Source of the DNA: a virus
Lineage: Duplodnaviria > Caudoviricetes
DNA: 56,059 bases
Direction: 5' to 3' (one strand)
IMG/VR virus record: IMGVR_UViG_3300008262_000247
Location: 1 to 56,059 of that record
Shown: piece by piece, positions 17,201-23,600 of the stretch
Layout: every line of letters starts with the position of its first letter
Numbering within the stretch: the first letter of the stretch is position 1
Program-made: the position numbers and the translations under genes
Notes under the pieces: generated by a model
Seen by the model: only the letters and a program-made list of their open reading frames with translations
Database searches by the model: none
What the model was told of the DNA's origin: nothing

Positions 17201-19649
17201 AACTGTAATTGGTGATGGTGATGGAATTGGACAATTAGGACAAACTTTGGATGGTATTAACTACGCAAGTAAATTAGCACAACAAATAGTGTTAGGTACA
17301 ACATTTGTTTCACCTTCTACTGAAAGAAAAGTAGCAGCAGAATTGTTGAAATTAAACAAATCATTCATCGCAGCGGAAACTATTGCATATATTAGTTCAT
17401 CTTGGGTGACTGGTTCTAATTCAGATGTGGCATTTACTTACAACGATTTAAGTTGTAGCAGAGATGTAAACTATATTTTAGATAATGTAGCAACTGATAT
17501 TTTATATGGTGGTAACGAAAGAACTATTAAAGCGGCTTCTTATTATTTCTTATATCCTTCACAAGCGACCGGTTCGCAATTAGATGAAACGTTGGATGGT
17601 ATTAGATATGCTGGACAATTAGCGGAGAAAGTTATTGTTAATACATTATTTGTAACTGCATCTGCACACGCTTCAGCATCTTATAACTTAATGAAAATAA
17701 ATAAACCATTCATCCAATCAGAAACTATCGCGTATGTTAGTTCTTCTTGGGTTGGCTTTAATTATAGTGAAGCTAAATGCCGTAGAGATGTTGGTTTATT
17801 AATAGATGCGGTTTCAACTGATATATTATATGGTGGAAATGAAAGAAGTGCTAAAGCTGGTACTTACTATTTCAAATATCCATCATCTGCAACTGGTTCT
17901 CAATTAGAACCAACCGTAAACGCAATTGATTTTGCAGGTGGAGTAGCTAAAAATATAATTCAAAACTTAACATTCATAACCGCATCTCAATCAGTATCCG
18001 CATCAGTTGCATTACTAAGAGATAATAGAGGATTTATACAAGAAGAAACAATGCAGTACTTAACTGCTAGTTGGAGTACATTTGATTATGATAAAGTTAA
18101 GTGCAGAAGAGACGTTGGATACATTTTAGATGGTGTAGCAACTGACCTATTATATGGTGGAAATGAAAGAAGTGTAATGAGTGGTGAATTCTACTTTAAG
18201 TATCCATCTAAAGCAACTTTATTAGGTGATGGTGATGGTGAAGGGCAATTAAAACAAACTGTAGAAGGAATTAATTATGCAAGTAGAATTTCACAAAAAG
18301 TTTCACAAAATATAGTATTCCAAACAGCATCATTGGAAGTATCCGCATCATTTGATTTATTAAGAAAAAATAAATCGTTCATAGCAGCGGAAACAATTGA
18401 ATATGTATCTTCATCTTGGAGTACTGTGGTTTACAACCAAGCTAGTTGTTCTCGTGATGTTGGATATATTATAGATGCAGCAGCAACTGACCTATTATAT
18501 GGTGGAACTGAAAGAAGTATTACCGCGGGAACATACTACTATTTATTCCCATCAAGAGCAACTAATGCGGGTGTTCCATCTGAAGCTAATCAATTAGACC
18601 CAACTACTACTGGTGTAAAATATGCGGGTAGATTAGCTAAAAAAATAATTACTAATCCGGTATTTAATTCACCATCACAATCAGTTTTATATGGTAGAGA
18701 ATTGTTGCAAAAAAATAAATCATTTATCCAAAAAGAAACTATAACATTCTTAAGTTCTTCTTGGAGTACTTTACAATACAACGAAATAAGTTGTTCTCGT
18801 GATATTGGATTTATTTTAGATGCAATTACAACTGATTTGGTTTATGGTGGTAATGAAAGAAGTATTGAAGCGGGTTCTTACTATTATAAGATTCCTTCAG
18901 TAGCAATTAAAGAATCATATACGGATAATGGTACGGTTGGACAGAAAAAACAAACTGTTGATGGAATTAATTACGCAAAAGGAGTATCTGAAAAAGTAGC
19001 TGGACAATTTGCATTAACTCCACCACCAACAAAACGTAAAGAAGCTTATCAAAGATTACTTGCGGCTAAAGAAGAATTAAAACAAAGAGCAATTGGATAT
19101 ACAAATGGAGCATTCCCATATTTAGTATATAATGAGGCAAGTTGTAGTAGAGACACCGGTTTGATTGTAGATGCGGTAGCAACTGACTTATTGTATGGTG
19201 GTAACGAAAGAAGTATTGCGGCGGCATCTTCTTACTACACAGGACAATATGGAAGTGCAGCGGCAGTAATTAACGCACAAAAATTGGAGACTCTTGAAAC
19301 AAACAGATATTTAAGAACGAGAGCTGAGTTTATCGCAGCTGGAGCACCATTGGAATCATTTGGTTCTCTAATTGTGGCAACCGGTATTGACTACTCTTAT
19401 AATGGTAGTGGTGTGACATTTAAAGCACTTCCACCGAATCAGGGTGGTAGTGGTGTGGCGAATCCGATTTATGAGATTACCGAATTGGCGGGTGGTAGAA
19501 TTTACTTTACCTCTGGTAACCAAGATGGTGACTTTAGAATTGGTACTGGTTTGAGTATTAACCAAGCGACTGGTACTCTTGTGGGTAGAACATTTAGTAA
19601 ATCTCTATTCTCATTAGTAACTCCGTTCTCATTGGCATTAGAAGCATAA
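8169..19649 (+). CDS. Giant virion protein (continuation of 7133) with 22 C-x-R-D phycobiliprotein-like repeats, 51-aa linker repeats and a degenerate cupredoxin-like domain
   Basis: 3826-codon open frame. The first codons (MVCMVCML) are an out-of-frame shadow of the upstream ORF. Repeats are visible directly. The C-terminus GGRIYFTSGNQDGDFRIG is of the type that closes phage beta-helix proteins. Confidence 0.85.
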   Translation: MVCMVCMLVVASNIEEIVSDFNLISAIVDSGTSNFPTLLARSSNKGYGFDSPYNILGTEQITASYSASNEDLSQISSSFGVTLGIFADGTGSYSFTTNTNSGVKTTNQTPITATIPATGFISSSISSSFSTIISILKSGLTATPSLVTNLSASIIATDTPFSSSGISSSLSVINNVSASLSIVYNIVANGTGSNTLSIPVNHQQNFTVVNSGSSAYTFNGLGNNPTLTLFRGETYKFYISASEAIGGIDYPFWIRTQQVEGIDKIYDYNKGVINNGDSVGNITFKVPYDAPNTLYYVARNNKNLGGKINIVNNSATPINLIASTLTYPPTVYSSSIASDSTDKINAYDLILNNKKFIQDETIAYLSSSWSDFSYDETTCRRDIGYIIDGVAKDLLYGGNEESIRSGLFYYQYPSEATTTQLSPTLTAIKYFSRLIEKILKNQNFVEPNIDRESAWDCILNNRQFIQNETIAYLSSSWSTFEYNEEKCKRDVGYILDAVATDIKYEGNERSIEAGRFYYLYPSQATGSQLVQTIDGIKYAAGLVKNLIVNKTFVTASQTTQAAYSLIRNNKSLVQDETIQFINVAYPTLEYNQAKCRRDVGYILDGVATDLLYGGNERSVASGRFYYDFPSIATSTQKRETAGGIRYAKIITEYIVQNIILDTPRIIANDEKGIKISALTNITSSYSGSLNEQVSISSSFNIVEGIIKKGVDSIKAIVAKNTDSNWSLNNPLKVSLNNQITNSYVTPDEVNRIGDNFDIVTSIINNGTGSLPILTSSVSGLYKVSDIEQISATSATNAETASISSSFANIINIIKNGTGSLQPFTSSVNDNIKATATNYSQLIGGNSTYSSSISASMKVITDVLQNGLSSLPVLVNNSTTGSLIKVGNVSQVTTSSLDTNLSASLFVSRSISIVVDILRTGNLDVAKTPYVTQSLVSDKQSLASSHIVANLDFIKEETIAYLSSSWSGFDYNEEKCRRDVGLIISGAAQDLYWGNISASIVNGQYYFEYPSQATGSQLQQTIDGIIYASNVAQKVIQGIEYQQLTGSLASASLALKNNKGFIIDETIAYMSSSWGSFDYNETTCRRDLNYIIDSVRTDLVYGGNQRTRLSAEYYFLYPSQATGSQLTQTLDAVNYASRIAQKVVVGQNFIAANTNKLNLPSVAVLAAAELVRADIPFIQQNVIDYTNDTYPKLNYNQAKCFRDVRFITDAVITDLVYGGNERTIEAGTFYYLYPSQATDDQLDETIDAINFGRDLTKLVAIGGLEVERSFDVISKIIASGSNGYPSTIIKNTESAIKATNINQTTSSNVVIESDKLLVSSSFSNIINIIANGTGSIPTIVSSSFKGILFSTGSQTTSSITPNNTEINKVNSSFDVVTNIIANGTGSIPTLITNATGSIKRTNTLQFTTTASISQANINLFKSSIDIVLDIVENGTGSIPSLVKNTDGLIKVTNAVQTVATGSTSRSVINSITSSFDTVINVISNGTGSIPSLVTNTVNNIKRTLETQYIGTGSATNAESQIISASIGIVSNIVSNGTGSLPVVIQYTSASTNTNVITAYNILKNNITFIQEETIAYLSSSWSGFVYDEEKCKRDVGFILSGSAEDLLWNSNSASIVNGKFYYEYPSQATVGNDGDTGGQLNQTLEGIEYASRLAQKVVLNTLFVTQSTEITNAYNLIRNNKSFIQSESISYISSSWSTHTYNQLSCSRDISYIIDAVTTDIYYGGNERASKAGLYYFLYPSEATGSQLDETVTGINYAKNLSNRILKGGLLQSVTNNKLQAKELIFNNKQFIANEVIAYVSASWNGFVYNEETCKRDVGYILDAAITDLVYGGNERSIEAGKFYYLYPSEATTTQLGPTLSGIKHAKGMSENVMKNLTYYTSSVSAQTAYDLLVQNKQLIQNETIAFVSSSWSFFNYNEASCSRDTGYIVDAVATDILYGGNERVREAGEYYYLYPSLATVDGDGDAAGQLGQTLDGINYAKGIAKKIVSNQLLQTASISELTAWTLLRQNKPLIQAETIAYLSSSWTGVDGFYYNEASCSRDVAYIVDNVATDILYGGNERSSKAGEYYYLYPSKAIVGGVPSQTAQLEQTIDGVLFAAGNAQNVISNRVLTQPTEFVSSSVELMRKNRTFIQNETIQYIDAFYPDLVYNREKCRRDVGYIVDNVATDLWYGGNERAITAGQYYYLYPSLATKTEQVRETVSGVQYAKNVARKVVQNILLSSPLLLSNTNNNIKVGNINQITSSITPNETEVNGISSSFSIVTKIIEGGLSAAPTKVSNSYNTIKVTNETQYKTLVSASSTEIGIVTASFGLIRDIIYKGDASLPDALAENFQYGFENTIPSLLHISSIEQTAGGGVGYNSYTSSISSSFANVIKIINNGTGSIPSIVENTSGSIKAQSIVSQLLPATDGGKYQRDRIANLYDVVLDIIENETYSTLIPNTSASVKVTNTPQFLSGSGADRIQAKLVSASFGIVTSILTNGTASFGYVGPNATPNSNNKVNLAYNLLLNNKQMIVDETITFMSSSWSSFEYNEASCSRDLGFIIDGAAYDLLYGGNSASFVNGKYYYDFPSQATGSQLDQTVTAIKFASGLAEKVVRNITLQHISASAETSASYVTLRNNKSFIQAEAITYLSSSWSEFDYNETTCKRDIAYIIDAVSTDLLYGGNERSWVAGDYYFRYPSQATDSQLQPTLDGIGYAKGLSMRVISGSALTNATSDILNVYNLLKDNKEFIQEEVVAFVNAKYPNLYYSQTKCRRDIGYIVDAVITDFKWGGNQRSSKAGEFYYLYPSLATESEQVVETTTAVDYARRLCEQIIIGNVIETPQVVLNTANNIKVTNIPQYTSASSATVYEVNRVSSSFAVVTNTVENGLGVLPTIISNVSESIKVTLTSQIGGNAATQTESDYISSSISIVTDIIQNGTGSFPILTSYGAASTDPNVINAYNNLIQNIPFIQSETIAYISSSWSFFNYNEASCSRDVAYIVSGAAEDLLHNSTSASYMNGYYYFLFPSNATVIGDGDGIGQLGQTLDGINYASKLAQQIVLGTTFVSPSTERKVAAELLKLNKSFIAAETIAYISSSWVTGSNSDVAFTYNDLSCSRDVNYILDNVATDILYGGNERTIKAASYYFLYPSQATGSQLDETLDGIRYAGQLAEKVIVNTLFVTASAHASASYNLMKINKPFIQSETIAYVSSSWVGFNYSEAKCRRDVGLLIDAVSTDILYGGNERSAKAGTYYFKYPSSATGSQLEPTVNAIDFAGGVAKNIIQNLTFITASQSVSASVALLRDNRGFIQEETMQYLTASWSTFDYDKVKCRRDVGYILDGVATDLLYGGNERSVMSGEFYFKYPSKATLLGDGDGEGQLKQTVEGINYASRISQKVSQNIVFQTASLEVSASFDLLRKNKSFIAAETIEYVSSSWSTVVYNQASCSRDVGYIIDAAATDLLYGGTERSITAGTYYYLFPSRATNAGVPSEANQLDPTTTGVKYAGRLAKKIITNPVFNSPSQSVLYGRELLQKNKSFIQKETITFLSSSWSTLQYNEISCSRDIGFILDAITTDLVYGGNERSIEAGSYYYKIPSVAIKESYTDNGTVGQKKQTVDGINYAKGVSEKVAGQFALTPPPTKRKEAYQRLLAAKEELKQRAIGYTNGAFPYLVYNEASCSRDTGLIVDAVATDLLYGGNERSIAAASSYYTGQYGSAAAVINAQKLETLETNRYLRTRAEFIAAGAPLESFGSLIVATGIDYSYNGSGVTFKALPPNQGGSGVANPIYEITELAGGRIYFTSGNQDGDFRIGTGLSINQATGTLVGRTFSKSLFSLVTPFSLALEA
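9195..19330 (+). repeat. 22 tandem ~108-aa helical repeats, consensus LLxxNKxFIQxETIAYxSSSWxxFxYNExxCxRDVGYIxDAVATDLLYGGNERSxxAGxYYYxYPSxATxxQLxxTxxGIxYA
   Basis: Cys codons at 9303, 9627, 9951, 11091, 11415, 11763, 12936, 13281, 13605, 13929, 14283, 14628, 15774, 16104, 16428, 17088, 17454, 17778, 18102, 18447, 18792 and 19143. Confidence 0.95.
12060..12800 (+). repeat. 51-aa linker repeats (SSSFxxVxxIIxNGTGSIP)
   Basis: NGTGS codons at 12156, 12309, 12462, 12615 and 12768 (exact 153-nt period). Further copies lie near 10461, 10611, 15303 and 16920. Confidence 0.9.
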
Positions 19650-19667
19650 AAAAGAAAATAAAAACAA

Positions 19668-20582
19668 ATGGCACAAGTATTCGTACCGTTAAACCGATTT
19701 CAGTCAGTAATTACAAATTTGACAGGAGAACCAGATGAAGTATATGTAGTACCTGCAGGGGTATCTACAATTATGCTTTCAATGCAAATTACTAATACTG
19801 GCTTACAAACTCATCCGGTAACTATATTAATTAATTCAAATAATAATTTACCAGTACCTAATTTTAGTAATGTTTATAGTGGAAGTACATTTATAAGTGC
19901 ATCTACTGATATTGCGTATTTAAGTGGAAGCTTTTCAAGCGCATCCGCTCTTTTAAATCTTAATAGAAATTTTATAAAATCAGAAGTTACTTCATACATA
20001 CAGTTTTTAAATAATCAATCGGAAGAACCATTTGGATATTCTGCTTCTTTTTATGAAACTAATTTATTAAGAGATGTGGATGCTATTATTTATGATATTA
20101 AAAATAATACAACAATAAGAACGAATAAAGCTGCGAAAGCGTATTACGATAAAAATGGAGTAAGTTTAATTCCAACTGGACAAATAACAGCTTCGTTAAA
20201 TACAGTTTCATATGCAAATACACTCGCTAAACAAATTATAAAAAATCAATCGGTAACAGGTTCAGTTTCCGTTTCTAGATTATATCAAACCGCGGTTACG
20301 CAATCAATTAATACCGATTATTCGGTATCTGATGAGTTATTAAGTGGTTCTACTTATTTAATTGATGCTTTGTATAATATAATAAAAACAAATATAGAAG
20401 ATCCTGATTTAGAAGCACAACCAATTGTTGAATTGATAAAAAACGTTGAAATTCCAACTGGAGATTCGTTATCTCCTGTGGTAGCCGGAAAATTGGTAAT
20501 GGAAGAAGGATATAGTTTATATTTTTCTGGCTCTACTGAATTGAAAGTAATACTTTCTATTCTTGAAAGTGCTAACGAATAA
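19668..20582 (+). CDS. Virion protein: small beta domain (paralog of 32632) with an inserted Cys-less copy of the helical repeat
   Basis: N- and C-termini align by eye with 32632..32964. The middle reads LLNLNRNFIKSEVTSYI...LLRDVDAIIYDI...AAKAYY...QITASL..VSYA. Confidence 0.65.
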   Translation: MAQVFVPLNRFQSVITNLTGEPDEVYVVPAGVSTIMLSMQITNTGLQTHPVTILINSNNNLPVPNFSNVYSGSTFISASTDIAYLSGSFSSASALLNLNRNFIKSEVTSYIQFLNNQSEEPFGYSASFYETNLLRDVDAIIYDIKNNTTIRTNKAAKAYYDKNGVSLIPTGQITASLNTVSYANTLAKQIIKNQSVTGSVSVSRLYQTAVTQSINTDYSVSDELLSGSTYLIDALYNIIKTNIEDPDLEAQPIVELIKNVEIPTGDSLSPVVAGKLVMEEGYSLYFSGSTELKVILSILESANE

Positions 20583-20605
20583 TTTGAGGAATACTTCCTT
20601 ATTTT

Positions 20606-20614
20606 ATATTTATA
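20606..20614 (+). promoter_or_regulatory. ATATTTATA putative late promoter
   Basis: Recurring motif upstream of ATG 20634. Confidence 0.6.
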
Positions 20615-20633
20615 ACAAAGCTTGTAGAATCGG

Positions 20634-23600
20634 ATGGCCAAAAGTAACTTATTAAGTAATAGGGTTAAACCCGTTAGTCCCAAAAATGTATCTGCAGATA
20701 GATATCAGTTTTTAGATATATCTCAGGCCGAACCAAATTTAGGTGTCCCTAATTTTAGTGCATCCTTATCAGGTTCACCTGCTATCGTAGTTTCAGATGA
20801 CCAGGGTAATAGAGGGTTTGTAAGAAGTTTAGATTTAGATAGAGTAACCGGACAATTTACTGGTTCTTTCACCGGTAGTGCGGAATCCCTAAGCGGTAGT
20901 TTTACAGGTTCTTATACTGGTTCATTCTCTGGTTCATATTTTGGAGATGGTAAAGGATTATTTAATTTACCTGCTGCAACATTTATAGCGAGTGGGTCAT
21001 CAACTGCATCTTTTATTGATAATGACTTAGATATAAATACAAATACTAAGATTCATGGCAATTTATATGTTGATGATGCAATATATGCAGAACAAATAAT
21101 TGTAACATATGTTTCATCTTCTGTAATTTATTCATCTGGTTCAAATATTTTTGGTGACGAAGATTCCGATATACAACAATTCACCGGTTCGGTAAGAATA
21201 CAAAGTGAATTGATTGGTAACAATATTACAGGTTCATCGTTCACTGGTTCATTTACTGGTTCTTTCTTTGGAGACGGTGCGAATTTATTTAATTTACCAC
21301 AAGCTACAAAATTAGCAAGTGGTAGTGTTACTGCGTCTGTATCACCAAACGAAGGATTTAAAGTAATATCAATTGATAGTGGTTCATCATTTACTGGAAG
21401 TTTATTTGTAAGTGGAAACGTTACAATACCTTCTGGTTCTGGATATTTTAGTGGTAGCGGTGAAGGATTATTTAATATCCCTCTTTCTGCACTTAATATT
21501 GATTCTTTAGTAGCTACTAGAATTGCAAGTGGTAGTGTAACTGCATCTGTTTCTCCAACTGAAGGATTTAAAGTACAATCATTACAAAGTGGTTCTCAAT
21601 TTACTGGCTCTGTTTTTGTAAGTGGTAGTTTAATTGCAATATATAGTGGTTCATTTAGTGGTAGTGGTGATAAATTATTTAACATTCCAAGATCTGCACT
21701 CACTCCTGATGCATTAGAATCTGACCGTATAGCAAGTGGTAGTGTAACTGCATCGGTATCTAATGCAGGATTTGTAGTAAATTCAGCCAATTCCGGTTCG
21801 TTCTTTACAGGTAGTGTAAGAATTAGTGGTAGTTTAACAGCAAATGGTGTTAGTGTAAGAAGTGGTTCATTTTTTAGCGGTAGTGGTAGAGACCTTTTTG
21901 ATATTCCACGTTCTGCTTTAACTCCTGATGCGTTAGATTCTACAAGAATTGCAACAGGTTCAGTAACAGCATCTGTTTCACCTGAATTTGGATTTAGAGT
22001 ACAATCCACGATAAGTGGTTCTCAATTTACTGGTTCTTTATTGGTAAGTGGAAATGTTGAATTATATACCGGTTCATTTAGTGGTAGTGGTAAAAATCTT
22101 AGAGAAATTCCTAAATCGGCAATTTCTGATTTAGATACATCATTAATATTCTCTGGTTCTGCAACAGCATCAATTAATCCTGTTAAAGGATTTAATGTAA
22201 ACATATTTTCCCAGTTTACCGGAAGTATGGTTGTATCAGCATCTAATTTTATAATACCAACTTCATCTTTAGATAAAACATTTTATGTAACTAATAATGG
22301 AGCATCTGCATATACGTTTAGTGGTGCAGCTAGTGGTTCAAATCCAACTATAACTTTAGTAAGAGGTGTTACATATACATTTGATGTAAATGCAACTGGA
22401 CATCCTTTTTATATTAAAACGGTACAAACTACTGGACCTGCTTCTGCATATAATGTGGGTGTAACAAATAACGGTGATGATAGTGGTTTAATAATTTTTG
22501 CTGTACAAAATGATGCACCACCTACTTTATATTATAATTGCCAGTTCCATAGTGAAATGGCGGGTGTTATTAATGTTGTAGATAATATTATAAGACCAAG
22601 TGAAATTAAATTTATAGGTGATACAACTATAAGTGGTTCATTGGCATTGAAGGGAGATGATGTTATTGATAGTGGTTTCCAAGAAGGACAAACTGTTGGT
22701 GCATATATAGATGGAAATATACATTTAAAATCTGGTTCATATTTTAGTGGTAGTGGTAAATACATTTTTGATATATCTTTATCAAATTTAACCGGAGATG
22801 CATTTAGAATTGCAAGTGGTAGTGTTACTGCATCCGTTTCACCAACTCAAGGGTTTAAAGTAGAAGCATTAAATGTAGGAAGTCAGTTTACGGGAAGTGT
22901 AAATATTTCTGGTTCACTTACTGCATCTTTAGGTGTAAATGGATATAAATTTGTTGGTACTGAATTTAGTGGTTCATCATTTAGTGGTTCATTTGAAGGA
23001 GATGGTAGTAGATTAAGAAATGTACCATCGGTAGAATCTGCAAAAATAGTATCTGGTTCAGTAACGGCATCAGTTTCTCCTGTATATGGATTTAAAGTTG
23101 AATCTGCGGAGTTTGGTAGTGAATTTACCGGTAGTATAAAACTAAGTAGTGGTTCATCATTTAGTGGTAGTGGTAGAAATCTTTTTGATATTCCTGAATC
23201 TGCACTTTCATTTGCACCTTATAGAATTGCAAGTGGCAGTGTAACTGCATCAGTCGCTCCAAATAGAGGATTTAGAGTAGAATCTTGGGAGTATGGTTCA
23301 GAATTTACTGGCTCATTGATAGTGAGTGGTACTTTGGGTATAAGAGTTGCATCTGGTTCATCATTTAGTGGTAGTGGTAGAAATCTTTTTGATATACCTC
23401 GTTCTGCGATTTCTGATTTAGATACATCGTTAATATTCTCTGGCTCTGCAACCGCATCTATTTCACCAAATAAAGGATTGCTTGTAAATACAGGTGTAAC
23501 CATTGGTGGTTATCTATTTACAACTGGTTCGGCAACTTTCTATGGTACATCTAGATTTACTTCAGGTGTATCTGCATCTGTATTTAGTGGTAGTGGTGCA

